A DNA stretch of 64,000 nt from an uncultured Prevotellaceae bacterium (GTDB taxonomy: Bacteria > Bacteroidota > Bacteroidia > Bacteroidales > Bacteroidaceae). Below are positions 29,131 to 39,080 of the stretch, one piece after another (position 1 is the stretch's first letter; every line of letters begins with the position of its first letter). The stretch covers positions 464-64,463 of the forward strand of contig CACXPX010000014.1 of assembly GCA_902769705.1 (NCBI GenBank). Direction: 5' to 3'. The notes under the pieces are model-generated. The model was not told the origin of the DNA and ran no database searches. It saw only the letters and a list, made by a program, of their open reading frames with translations. The position numbers were made by a program, and so were the translations under genes.

Positions 29131-31117
29131 ACAAGGCAAGTAAAACGAGCGTTAGTGCAACTGCTCCGGTGAGGAACCACACCACATACTGGCGAACGTC
29201 ACCACTCTGCCAAGGACGCAGAGACTCACCTGCCTCGTTGGTGCCCCATGCCATGAAGTTGAATGTGCCATCGATAACACGACGGTCGAACCAAGCAATG
29301 GGCATAGAGACGCAACGGAAGATGATTTTATGGGTGACAAACTGCCATATCTCGTCCTGATAGAAACGCTTGTAGGCAGCGCGCCAGAGGTTCGGGAATG
29401 TCTTGTAGAGACGGTCGGCAATGGGTTGCTTCTCGCCCTTGAAGATATAGGTGGCAAGGCAGATGCTCAAGATGGCGATGACAGTAGAAGTCAAAGCAAT
29501 CTGATGGTCGAAGTGGATGGTGTAGTCCTGACCGTTGGCCGACACGAACGAACCGAACGAACCTCCCCAGCCGAGGAATCCGCCCAGCGTGGTGTAGATA
29601 CCTACGCCGAGCGTGATGCAGCAAAGGATGATGAGAGGAACGGTCATGGTGAGCGGAGCCTCGTGCGGAGTGTGATGCTCGTGGGCCTCAACATTCTCGG
29701 TTCCCCAGAAGATGCCATAGTAAAGGCGGAACATGTAGAAGGCTGTCATGGCGGCAATGCCTGTCATAATCCAACCCACCACAGGGCTATACTGGAAGCA
29801 GGCGGTGATAATCTCATCCTTCGAGCTGAAGCCCGAGAAGAACGGAATGCCTGCAATGGCCAGACAAGAGATGAGGAATGTCCAATGGGTGACGGGCATG
29901 TACTTGCGCAGACCTCCCATCAGGGCCATCTCGTTGGAGTGGACAGCATGGATGATGCATCCGGCACAAAGGAACAAGCAAGCCTTGAACATGGCGTGGG
30001 TGAACAGATGGAACATACCAGCCATGTAACCCAACTGCATGTGGTTGTCGAGAACGGCTCCGTGGCCAGGCAAGCAAACACCCAGAGCCACCATCATGAA
30101 GGCAATCTGAGAGATGGTTGAGAAGGCCAGCACACGCTTGATATCGGTTTGGGCACAAGCCACAGCAGCGGCATAGAAAGCGGTAAACACGCCCACCCAC
30201 ACGATGACCGACATGGCCTGGGGCGCATATTCAATCCACAAGGGGAACATGCGGGCCACCTGGAACACACCAGCCACAACCATCGTGGCAGCATGGATGA
30301 GGGCAGAGACAGGCGTCGGGCCTTCCATGGCGTCGGGCAGCCAGATGTGCAACGGGAACATGGCACTCTTACCAGCTCCACCAATGAACATCAGCACCAA
30401 GGCTGTGGGCAGGATGAAGGAACCAGCGGCAACAGCCCGTGCAGCACTACCCTGGATGAAGGGAGTGGTTCCGGCACCCATCACGATGTCGGGCACAAAA
30501 GAGAAGCTGAACGAACGGGTGTAGTAGCCGAAGATGAGGATACCAATCAAGAAGAACATATCGGCGAAACGTGTCACGATGAATGCCTTCTTGGAAGCAG
30601 CCACAGCAGCACCCAGCGGATAGTAGAAGCCGATGAGCAGGTAGCTGCTCACACCCACGAGCTCCCAGAACATGTACATCTGGAAGATGTTGGTGGCCAA
30701 CACAAGTCCGAGCATTGACATCGAGAACAGGCTCAGGAACGCATAGTAGCGCTGGAAGCCCTTCTCGCCATGCATGTAGCCGAAGGAGTAGATGTGTACC
30801 ATGAGCGACACCGTGGAGATGACGATGAGCATCACCACAGAGATGGGGTCGAGCAAGATACCCATATCGAAATGCAGGTTGCCCAAAGGCAGCCATGTGA
30901 AGTTATAAGGCACAAAGGTCTGGAAGACTCCTTCAGCCGTACGCCCGTCGGTGAAGAAATACTGGAACGCAGTCAGATAGCTGATGAGCGTCACCAATCC
31001 GAGCGAGCATGTGCCAATGAGCCCTGCCGTCTTGTGCGACATCTTCATTCCCGCAAGTCCTAATACAACGAATGAGAGCAGGGGAAGAAGAAGTATCAAA
31101 AATGAATATTCGTACAT
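29129..31117 (-). CDS. nuoL: NADH-quinone oxidoreductase subunit L
   Basis: WELVGVSSYLLIGF, GKSAMFPLHIWLPDAMEGPTPVSALIHAATMV. Confidence 0.98.
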   Translation of the reverse strand: MYEYSFLILLLPLLSFVVLGLAGMKMSHKTAGLIGTCSLGLVTLISYLTAFQYFFTDGRTAEGVFQTFVPYNFTWLPLGNLHFDMGILLDPISVVMLIVISTVSLMVHIYSFGYMHGEKGFQRYYAFLSLFSMSMLGLVLATNIFQMYMFWELVGVSSYLLIGFYYPLGAAVAASKKAFIVTRFADMFFLIGILIFGYYTRSFSFSFVPDIVMGAGTTPFIQGSAARAVAAGSFILPTALVLMFIGGAGKSAMFPLHIWLPDAMEGPTPVSALIHAATMVVAGVFQVARMFPLWIEYAPQAMSVIVWVGVFTAFYAAAVACAQTDIKRVLAFSTISQIAFMMVALGVCLPGHGAVLDNHMQLGYMAGMFHLFTHAMFKACLFLCAGCIIHAVHSNEMALMGGLRKYMPVTHWTFLISCLAIAGIPFFSGFSSKDEIITACFQYSPVVGWIMTGIAAMTAFYMFRLYYGIFWGTENVEAHEHHTPHEAPLTMTVPLIILCCITLGVGIYTTLGGFLGWGGSFGSFVSANGQDYTIHFDHQIALTSTVIAILSICLATYIFKGEKQPIADRLYKTFPNLWRAAYKRFYQDEIWQFVTHKIIFRCVSMPIAWFDRRVIDGTFNFMAWGTNEAGESLRPWQSGDVRQYVVWFLTGAVALTLVLLAL

Positions 31118-31129
31118 AATCCTAATAAT

Positions 31130-31438
31130 TTACCATTTCATATTTTCAATACTGTTCACCTGATCACTCTTGAAGTTGCGGTAAACGTTGATGATGATAG
31201 CGATAGCAACGGCACTCTCGGCAGCACTCACACCGATGGAGAACAGGGTGAAGAAGAAGCCTTCGAGCTGGCCGGGGAAGAGGATGCGATTGAACACGGC
31301 AAAGTTGATGTCTACAGCGTTCAACACCAGTTCAACCGAGATGAGCATCGCAATGAGGTTGCGACGGGTCACAAAGCCAAAGAAGCCTATGAAGAACAAC
31401 AAGGCACTCAGCACGAAATAAAACTCAACAGGTATCAT
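31130..31438 (-). CDS. nuoK: NADH-quinone oxidoreductase subunit K
   Basis: RRNLIAMLISVELVLNA, AAESAVAIA. Confidence 0.97.
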   Translation of the reverse strand: MIPVEFYFVLSALLFFIGFFGFVTRRNLIAMLISVELVLNAVDINFAVFNRILFPGQLEGFFFTLFSIGVSAAESAVAIAIIINVYRNFKSDQVNSIENMKW

Positions 31439-31959
31439 TGCTTATCCTCCTTTCTTGCTATCATGATTCCACCGATGATGCAGGCCAACAGGAAGATGGA
31501 GATGAACTCGAAGGGGAGCACCCATCCATATTTGTCGGCACCAACCATGCCCTGTCCGATTTGTTCCATAGGAACCTCAACGCCTTCGGTCATAGTGGCC
31601 ATGCGGTCGAATAACTGGTTTTTGAAAAATACAATCATTACCGTTCCAAATCCGATGAGGGCTGCCAAAGCACCTGCGAGCACTCTCCCACCCTTCAGAT
31701 TCTCTTGCATGCCTTGAAGCGTGCGTTTCGAAACCAATTGGATGGCGAAGATATACATCATCGTGATACCTCCGGCATAGATGCTGATTTGGGCAGCACC
31801 AAGGAACGTATAGTCGAGCAGGAAATAGATACCTGCCACACCAAAGAGAACAAAGAGCAGGAAAGTGGCAGCTCTCATAATCCTCTTGGTTGTTACGCAC
31901 ATAATGGCCGAACCCAATATGATGACGGCCAAAATGCAAAACATTACTAATCTTGCCAT
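31435..31959 (-). CDS. nuoJ: NADH-quinone oxidoreductase subunit J
   Basis: QISIYAGGI, LPFEFISIFLLACIIG. Confidence 0.95.
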   Translation of the reverse strand: MARLVMFCILAVIILGSAIMCVTTKRIMRAATFLLFVLFGVAGIYFLLDYTFLGAAQISIYAGGITMMYIFAIQLVSKRTLQGMQENLKGGRVLAGALAALIGFGTVMIVFFKNQLFDRMATMTEGVEVPMEQIGQGMVGADKYGWVLPFEFISIFLLACIIGGIMIARKEDKQ

Positions 31960-31964
31960 ATCCT

Positions 31965-32498
31965 TTACTTTGTTTTGGTGTTAAACTTTCCGATAGTAAG
32001 GGGAGCGCCTCCATCGATGAGATTGGGAAGCGAACCACCCTCGTAAACCTCTTTGTCGAGGTGGAGCACTAATGAGTCGCGGTCGAATGTGGCATTCTCG
32101 AAATCATTAGTAAACTCGATGGCATCAAAGTTGCAAGCGTTCGTACAGAGTTGGCAGAACATGCAGTCGCCAAGGTCGTACTGATAATCGTCGAGCACTC
32201 TTTTCTTCTTGCCTGTTTCAGGGTCTTCGGCCATGTGAGACAGAATCTTGATGGTCCCATTAGGGCAAGATTTCTCACACAATGTACAAGCCGTGCACTT
32301 GTAGGTTCCGTCTTCATTGCGTTTGAAAACCAAACGGCCACGATGGCGGCTGGCTACATGCAGCGTTGTCTTGCGATTCTCGGGATATTGCTCTGTGGAC
32401 TTGGGGGTGAAATACTCCTTCAGAGTGACTTTCATACCCGTTGCCAACGTTTTCACGCCGTCCACGAGTTCGCCAAAATATGATTTGTTCTGTTCCAT
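31965..32498 (-). CDS. nuoI: NADH-quinone oxidoreductase subunit I
   Basis: Two 4Fe-4S motifs CTACTLCEKSCP and CMFCQLCTNAC. Confidence 0.96.
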   Translation of the reverse strand: MEQNKSYFGELVDGVKTLATGMKVTLKEYFTPKSTEQYPENRKTTLHVASRHRGRLVFKRNEDGTYKCTACTLCEKSCPNGTIKILSHMAEDPETGKKKRVLDDYQYDLGDCMFCQLCTNACNFDAIEFTNDFENATFDRDSLVLHLDKEVYEGGSLPNLIDGGAPLTIGKFNTKTK

Positions 32499-32513
32499 AT
32501 TTTCTATTATACC

Positions 32514-33602
32514 TTATTTAATATAAAGACCAAGTGCTACCACGACGGTCATCAGCACAAGGTTGATGAGCGACAGAGGCATCAAGTATTTCCACTCCAA
32601 CTTCAGGATCTGGTCGATACGCAAACGGGGGAATGTCCACTTCACCCACATCAGCAACCAGACTACTGCGAAAGCCTTACCCAAGAACCAGACAAAGCCG
32701 GGAATATAGTTCATCACGTTGTCGAACACCTCCACACCAATGTTCAATGGTGCCCAGCCGCCCAAGAAGATGGTGGTGGCAATACCAGAGATGATGAAAA
32801 GGTTGAGGAACTCAGCCAGATAGAAGAAACCGAAGCCCATACCAGAATACTCGGTATGGTGGCCGGCGGTCAGCTCACTCTCAGCCTCAGCCATGTCGAA
32901 CGGGCCACGGTTGGCCTCTGCATTACCGGCAATGAGGAACACGATGAAAGCGATGATGGCTGGGATGTGGCCCTTCACAATGAGCCAGCTCCACGGGCCG
33001 GTCTGATAGTCGACGATGGTGCTCACCTGCATCGAACCAATAAGGATAACTGCCGTAATGAGGCAAAGGCAGAGTGACATCTCATAGGAAATCATCTGAA
33101 CGGCAGCACGCATAGCCGAAACCACCGAATACTTGTTGTTGGAACCCCAACCAGCGAGGAACACACCCAGCACACCTATCGAAGAGATGGCGGTGATGAG
33201 GAACACACCTACGTTGAAATCGAGGATGCCCGCACCCTTGTTCCACGGCAGGAACGAGAAGGTTCCCACAGATGCAATGATGACAAGCAAAGGAGCCACG
33301 GCATAAAGGAACTTGTCGGCCTTGTCGACGAAGAAAATCTCTTTGATGAGCATCTTCACCACATCGGCAAACACTTGGAATATTCCCCAAGGACCTACAC
33401 GCATCGGGCCTAAACGGCACTGGAAATAGGCACAAACCTTGCGCTCCATGAAAATCAATGCGATGGCAAGCAGGGCATAAGCCGTCAGGATGATGACACC
33501 CACCACCACGCATTCAATAAGAATCGACCAGAAATCACCGAGACCCAAAGTGTTTCGGAGAAGACCGTCGAACCATTGTGTTACTATTGAAAAATCAAAC
33601 AT
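32514..33602 (-). CDS. nuoH: NADH-quinone oxidoreductase subunit H
   Basis: ERKVCAYFQCRLGP, ANRGPFDMAEAESEL, PRLRIDQ. Confidence 0.98.
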   Translation of the reverse strand: MFDFSIVTQWFDGLLRNTLGLGDFWSILIECVVVGVIILTAYALLAIALIFMERKVCAYFQCRLGPMRVGPWGIFQVFADVVKMLIKEIFFVDKADKFLYAVAPLLVIIASVGTFSFLPWNKGAGILDFNVGVFLITAISSIGVLGVFLAGWGSNNKYSVVSAMRAAVQMISYEMSLCLCLITAVILIGSMQVSTIVDYQTGPWSWLIVKGHIPAIIAFIVFLIAGNAEANRGPFDMAEAESELTAGHHTEYSGMGFGFFYLAEFLNLFIISGIATTIFLGGWAPLNIGVEVFDNVMNYIPGFVWFLGKAFAVVWLLMWVKWTFPRLRIDQILKLEWKYLMPLSLINLVLMTVVVALGLYIK

Positions 33603-33672
33603 AATATCAGTTCTTTAGTTTATTAGTCTCTGAGTTCTTTCTTAAAACTTACAAACTCATCAACTTATTAAC

Positions 33673-35286
33673 TTATCTGTCAATATCTGGAATCACCACA
33701 TCGATGGCAGCTGTTGTTGCCACAAGGTCGGCAATCTTCTGTCCACGAAGCATTGTGTCGAGAGCACCTATCAGCGTGAGACCCATCGGGCGCATCTTCA
33801 TACGATAAGGACTCTTGTCGCCCTTTGAATCGAGATAGACACCAAACTCGCCGCTGGCACCTTCCACAGAGAAATACCATTGTCCCTCAGGTACCTTGAT
33901 GATAGGCTTCTGCTTCACATAGAAGTCGCCCTCAGGAATACCCTTGTCGATGAGTTGCTCGATGATGTCGAGACTCTGATACATCTCCTGGATGTGAACA
34001 AGGTAGCGGTCCATAGAGTCACAACCTGTAAGCGTGATTTGCTTCCACTCCACCTCGCCATACTTATCATATGGATGGTTCTTGCGGACATCGTTCTTCC
34101 AACCGGCAGCACGTCCGGCAGGACCTGTCACACCAAAGTTGATGCAATCCTCAAGATTCATCGAACCAACCTTCTCCAAACGATTGTGCGTGATGACATT
34201 ATCGCCAAACACATCCATGTACTCCTGAATCATCGGACGCAGATAAGTACACAAATCCTTCACGTTCTTCTCAAAGTTAGGATCAACATCGTCCTGCAAG
34301 CCACCAATACGATAATAGTTCTGGATGAGGCGTCCACCTGTGGTCTCTTCCATGACATTGAGCACATGCTCACGGTCGCGCATGCAATAGAGGAATGCTG
34401 TCAGGGCACCAAGGTCCTGAGCGGTACATCCACAATAGAGCAAGTGGGAATCAAGACGCTGAAGTTCGTCCATGATGGTGCGGATAGTCTTGATACGGTC
34501 TGTCAGCTCAATACCCATAGCCTCCTCGATGACACCCACCAAAGCATGGCGGTGCATCATGGCTGAAAGGTAGTTCAGACGATCGGTCAGGGCGAGCGTT
34601 TGCGGGTAAGTCATACCTTCCCACATCTTCTCAATTCCACGATGAATATAACCCAGATGCGGATAGATACGCTTCACGGTCTCACCATCGAGTACCGTCT
34701 GCAGGCGGAGCACACCATGAGTAGAGGGGTGCTGCGGGCCAATGTTCACCACATAGGCATCATCAGCGAAGAGTGGATTCTGCTTGCATTGCAGACAGCC
34801 GTTCTTGTCGAAATAATATTCCAAACCATAATCGGGTTCCACATCATCTTCAAGCGTGTACTTGTCATCGGCTTTGAAATCCTTGCGCAAAGGATAGCCC
34901 TTGAAATCGCTACGCAAGAACAAACGACGCATATCAGGATGACCGATGAACACGATGCCCAAGAAGTCATAGACTTCGCGCTCCAACAAGTCAGCACTCT
35001 TCCACAAGTTGGAAACTGTGGGAATATAGGCTATCATCTGACCATCGGTGTCTCCTGTTCCATTCGAAGCCTGACCATCGCCACACACTTGAGTGCGAGC
35101 AATCATCTTCACAGAAGTGCGCTCATGGGTATCCGTATTCTCGAGAATGTAGATACAACCCAATCCTTCTTCGCCAAAATCTTCACCGATGATTGTCACC
35201 AGATAGTCAAAATGCTTCTGGTTCTTCAGGTTTGCCATTTCGGAGGCAAACTTATCGTAATCAAATACAAGATTATTCAGTTTCAT
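33673..35286 (-). CDS. nuoCD: Fused NADH-quinone oxidoreductase subunit C/D
   Basis: EREVYDFLGI..GHPDMRR (C); NIGPQHPSTHGVLRL, GYIHRGIEK, DIDR (D). Confidence 0.97.
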   Translation of the reverse strand: MKLNNLVFDYDKFASEMANLKNQKHFDYLVTIIGEDFGEEGLGCIYILENTDTHERTSVKMIARTQVCGDGQASNGTGDTDGQMIAYIPTVSNLWKSADLLEREVYDFLGIVFIGHPDMRRLFLRSDFKGYPLRKDFKADDKYTLEDDVEPDYGLEYYFDKNGCLQCKQNPLFADDAYVVNIGPQHPSTHGVLRLQTVLDGETVKRIYPHLGYIHRGIEKMWEGMTYPQTLALTDRLNYLSAMMHRHALVGVIEEAMGIELTDRIKTIRTIMDELQRLDSHLLYCGCTAQDLGALTAFLYCMRDREHVLNVMEETTGGRLIQNYYRIGGLQDDVDPNFEKNVKDLCTYLRPMIQEYMDVFGDNVITHNRLEKVGSMNLEDCINFGVTGPAGRAAGWKNDVRKNHPYDKYGEVEWKQITLTGCDSMDRYLVHIQEMYQSLDIIEQLIDKGIPEGDFYVKQKPIIKVPEGQWYFSVEGASGEFGVYLDSKGDKSPYRMKMRPMGLTLIGALDTMLRGQKIADLVATTAAIDVVIPDIDR

Positions 35287-35978
35287 TTGCTCTCCTCCTT
35301 CTCTGCTTTAAGTTCGTTCACAAACTCTTCAGGCACTTCTGTAACCACCATCGGCTTCTTGCCATAGATGAGTTCCTCGTTAGAGACACCGAGTTTGCGC
35401 TCTTCCTTGTTCTGCTTGTGGTTGATACCACCAAAGAACTTCTCAATCTTCACCTTGCGCTGCAACTGCATCATGCCATACATAATGGCTTCGGGACGCG
35501 GTGGACAACCAGGGATGAAGACATCAACAGGAACGATCTCCTCAATGCCCTTCACCACATGATAGCTCGACTTGAACGGTCCACCCGAGATGGCACATCC
35601 ACCAACAGCAATCACATACTTCGGCTCGGCCATCTCATCATAAAGACGTTTCAATGCAGGAGCCATCTTGTGAGTGATGGTACCAGCACACATGATGAGG
35701 TCGGCCTGACGGGGAGAGTTACGTGTCACCTCAAAGCCGAATCGGGCAAAGTCATATCGGGCACAGCCAACAGCCATGAACTCGATACCACAACACGATG
35801 TGGCAAAGGTGAGCGACCAAAGTGAGTTAGAACGGCCCCAGTTGATGGCCTGATCCAATGAACCCACTACAACATTCACACCACCTTCATGAAGCTCGTC
35901 AACGATTTTCTCTAAAGCGGCGTTATCCTTAAACTCGTCATAAGGAATACTTTTGATACGCGGTTTTCTTACTTCCAT
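35283..35978 (-). CDS. nuoB: NADH-quinone oxidoreductase subunit B
   Basis: TSCCGIE, SPRQAD, GGCAISGG, PGCPPRPE. Confidence 0.97.
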   Translation of the reverse strand: MEVRKPRIKSIPYDEFKDNAALEKIVDELHEGGVNVVVGSLDQAINWGRSNSLWSLTFATSCCGIEFMAVGCARYDFARFGFEVTRNSPRQADLIMCAGTITHKMAPALKRLYDEMAEPKYVIAVGGCAISGGPFKSSYHVVKGIEEIVPVDVFIPGCPPRPEAIMYGMMQLQRKVKIEKFFGGINHKQNKEERKLGVSNEELIYGKKPMVVTEVPEEFVNELKAEKEESK

Positions 35979-36319
35979 TCCAGCGCTCCTTTCCGCCAAG
36001 CATAAGCAAGGCCAAATACAAGTACCAGCAGGAAGAAGCCGATGCTGACGAGTGCCATCGGACCAAACTGCTTAACGACTACTGCCCACGGATAGAGGAA
36101 CACGGTCTCAATGTCGAACATCAGGAAAAGGATGGCGAAGAGATAGTAGCCAATGCTCACAGGCAACCACGAAGAGCCACGTGTGGGAATACCACTTTCA
36201 TAGGGTTCACCCTTTACCGGATTATACGAACGCGGACCGATGAGCTTGGCGATGACGTATGCAGCAACCACCAAGACAACAGCCGTCAGTAAAACGGTAA
36301 TTAACAAAGTGTAATTCAT
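35969..36319 (-). CDS. nuoA: NADH-quinone oxidoreductase subunit A
   Basis: PYESG, FLMFDIETVFLYPWA, WRKGALEWK. Confidence 0.97.
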   Translation of the reverse strand: MNYTLLITVLLTAVVLVVAAYVIAKLIGPRSYNPVKGEPYESGIPTRGSSWLPVSIGYYLFAILFLMFDIETVFLYPWAVVVKQFGPMALVSIGFFLLVLVFGLAYAWRKGALEWK

Positions 36320-36364
36320 AATAATTTATAACGTTATAATATTAAATACGCTTTTAAGTGAGTG

Positions 36365-36372
36365 CAAAGGTA
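36365..36372 (-). promoter_or_regulatory. -7 box of the nuo operon
   Basis: TACCTTTG, 45 nt before the nuoA ATG. Confidence 0.7.
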
Positions 36373-36426
36373 ATAATAATTTTGCGAATATTTCACATTA
36401 TTAATGGAAAAAAACAGTATAAATAC

Positions 36427-36455
36427 AAAAAAAGCGCGACTTAAAAGTCACGCTC
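36427..36455 (-). terminator. Terminator overlapping the epimerase stop codon
   Basis: AGCGTGACTT/AAGTCGCGCT stem plus T run. Confidence 0.75.
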
Positions 36456-37721
36456 TATGATTTCCAGACACATACGGCTGTTATGATATGGACATTTCCA
36501 AAAGCCCGCCTTGTCATCACATGTGTTCAAATCACCATTCGCATACCGGCTCCAATACCACTCTCCCCCATCCCAATCAATGAGGTTTTGCTTGATATAT
36601 TGCCAGCAATGGACAGCCTTTTGCAGAGCCTCATCATCACCAAAATACTGATAGATGTTCATAAAGCCCACAACAGTCTCGGCTTGCACCCACCAATGCA
36701 AATCATCATCCTTCTCACCTGTGTCAAGGTTTGCTTCATGAATCATCGAACCATCGGGGTTCAATCCCTTTTCCGAAGCTTTGGCTATCGAACTGACAAT
36801 AGGTTCCACACGCTTCAGCAAGTCAGTATCGCCCAACACCAATGCTGCCTCGTGTATCAGCCAAGAGCATTCAATATCGTGTCCGTAGCTTTCAAGATGT
36901 CCTTCACCACGTGTCCAATCCATTTCGAAGAACAAATCCAAATGATGAGTGCCTGGATTCAAAATCTTATGGGTGAAGATACCTATTAAATTACGCAATG
37001 CTGCTTCCACACGAACAAACAACTCACGCGGAACCGTAATATCCAAAGGTAACACGGCACCAATGGAAGGAACATAATTACACGAACTGGTTGCCTGAAA
37101 CTCCTTGAGACAACGGTAAAGGTTGGCATAGGGCTCGATGATGTGCAGATGCGTGTTCTGCGACTTGGGATAGTTGGCGTCAACCTCCGAGAGACGCATG
37201 TCGGCAATGGGTTGCCAATCGCGTGTCAAGGCCTCAATATAGCCGTTGTTCTCGCGGTCGAGGGCATGCTCTTCTATGCCATCAAAAAGTTGGAGCGCAA
37301 AATCAAGGGCCTCGCGGTCTCCTGTAGCACGCGCATACTCCGACAACCCATAAATAGCAAAGCCGATGGCATAGAACTGTTTCTTGGTATCCAGCGGATT
37401 CCCCATGTAGTCAAGACTCCAATAGACTCCGCCATACTCATAGTCAATAAAATGTTCTATAAAATAGTCTTTGGCACGTGTGGCAGCTTCAAGATACTCT
37501 TGTTTTCCCAACACGCGATATGCAGCCGAGAACGACCACATGATGCGAGCATTCAGAATGGCACCTTTCTCTGCCTCTGGATGCAACTGCCCATGACCGT
37601 CAATCCGACCATAAAAACCGCCGTTCTCATGGTCAATCATTTTTTCAAGCCAGAAACGCAAGATGTTGTTTTCCAATACATCCTGCATTTCCGACTTCAG
37701 TTTTTTCACAATATCGGTCAT
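36441..37721 (-). CDS. AGE-family epimerase (mannobiose/cellobiose 2-epimerase)
   Basis: GGFYGRIDG, KGAILNARIMW, NTHLHIIE, SYGHDIE, WWVQAE, WKCPYHNSR. Confidence 0.93.
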   Translation of the reverse strand: MTDIVKKLKSEMQDVLENNILRFWLEKMIDHENGGFYGRIDGHGQLHPEAEKGAILNARIMWSFSAAYRVLGKQEYLEAATRAKDYFIEHFIDYEYGGVYWSLDYMGNPLDTKKQFYAIGFAIYGLSEYARATGDREALDFALQLFDGIEEHALDRENNGYIEALTRDWQPIADMRLSEVDANYPKSQNTHLHIIEPYANLYRCLKEFQATSSCNYVPSIGAVLPLDITVPRELFVRVEAALRNLIGIFTHKILNPGTHHLDLFFEMDWTRGEGHLESYGHDIECSWLIHEAALVLGDTDLLKRVEPIVSSIAKASEKGLNPDGSMIHEANLDTGEKDDDLHWWVQAETVVGFMNIYQYFGDDEALQKAVHCWQYIKQNLIDWDGGEWYWSRYANGDLNTCDDKAGFWKCPYHNSRMCLEIIERDF

Positions 37722-39061
37722 TTCTTGATAGGATACTTATAGATGAGGAAAATCATGATCAAGGCAATGACGGCGGGGAATATTGAGAACAACGACCACA
37801 CCATTCCCTTGACAGATTCCAGGTCTGTGATGGTGATGACAGTCTCACCTGTTTCGGGATTGGTACCCGAAATGAAACCTGCCAAACCCAAGAATAAAGC
37901 TACAAGCGAACCAGAAATAGCTGTACCAAACTTCTGAGCCATCGTTCCCGATGAGAAAATAAGGCCTGTGGAGGACGTGCCGTTCTTTTCCGTAGCATAG
38001 TCAGCGACATCAGCATACATCGACCACAACAATGGCGAATAGAGGCCCACGCCTATAGAAGTGAGCACCACAACTGCCACCATCACCCAAATGTAGGCAG
38101 GGTCCATGGGAATGAAGAAGAAGGCAACAGAGAACACCACACAAATAAGGGCGGCAACGATAAATGCCTTGCGCTTCGAACCAATCCATTCTGTAAACTT
38201 CGGAGACACACCACCGAATATCATACAAGTGACCTCACCAAACGTCATGAACACCGTGTAGTTGATGATAAGACCACTAATCGTCACATCACCACCCAAG
38301 CAATAAGTAAGCAGATAGCCTGCCACCGCATAACGGAAGCCGTTGAAGAAGTTGGTGCAAATTCCAATAAGCGTCAGGTAAATCCAAGGTTTGTTCTTGA
38401 ACAGGTCAGCAAACGGGCGGAACGAGAACTTTTCAGCACGAACGGGCTTCAGACGTTCCTTGGTCAGCAAGCCACAAGCCAACGTCATGATTGCGGCAAG
38501 CACACCGAAACAAGCACCCAACACGGCATACTGATGGCTCTCGGAACCACCCACCATCTTCTGAAGATATGGGAACGACAACAGGGTAATGAACCCCATG
38601 GCATAAGCGCCCACCATTCGGAAACTGGAGAACTGGTTCTTCTCGTTGTCATCATCGGTCATCACGCCCAGCAACGAACCATAAGGCACATTCACCGCCG
38701 TATAGACAGCCATCATCAGCAAATAGAGTGAATATGCATAGATGCGCTTGCCCACAGGGCCAAAGTCGGGTGTGTAGAGCAACAGGGCGAAGATGAGTCC
38801 GAAAGGAACTGCACCAAGGATGAGCCAAGGGCGATAGGTTCCCCAACGACTTTGTGTACGGTCAGCCAAACTACCCATGAGCGGGTCGGTGACAACGTCA
38901 AACATGCGTGCTATCAACATCAGAGTGGCCGTATCGGCAACTGTAAGGCCAAACACATTGGTGAAAAACAACGGAAAGGCGATAGACATGATTTTCCACG
39001 TAATACCACCAGCAGCTGCATCTCCAAGTGCATAGCCGATTTTTTCTTTTAAACTTGCCAT
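37718..39061 (-). CDS. MFS glycoside-pentoside-hexuronide family sugar symporter
   Basis: GYALGD, DPLMGSLADRTQSRWG.YRPW, NVPYGSL. Confidence 0.93.
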   Translation of the reverse strand: MASLKEKIGYALGDAAAGGITWKIMSIAFPLFFTNVFGLTVADTATLMLIARMFDVVTDPLMGSLADRTQSRWGTYRPWLILGAVPFGLIFALLLYTPDFGPVGKRIYAYSLYLLMMAVYTAVNVPYGSLLGVMTDDDNEKNQFSSFRMVGAYAMGFITLLSFPYLQKMVGGSESHQYAVLGACFGVLAAIMTLACGLLTKERLKPVRAEKFSFRPFADLFKNKPWIYLTLIGICTNFFNGFRYAVAGYLLTYCLGGDVTISGLIINYTVFMTFGEVTCMIFGGVSPKFTEWIGSKRKAFIVAALICVVFSVAFFFIPMDPAYIWVMVAVVVLTSIGVGLYSPLLWSMYADVADYATEKNGTSSTGLIFSSGTMAQKFGTAISGSLVALFLGLAGFISGTNPETGETVITITDLESVKGMVWSLFSIFPAVIALIMIFLIYKYPIKK

Positions 39062-39080
39062 AATATTTACATTTTACAAT

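Noticed and set aside
36990-37110. Cys-containing extra segment (CLKEFQATSSCNYVPSIGAVLPLDITVP) in the epimerase
   Set aside because: No repeat origin is visible and I cannot show it is strain-specific without an alignment; probably a lineage-typical loop.
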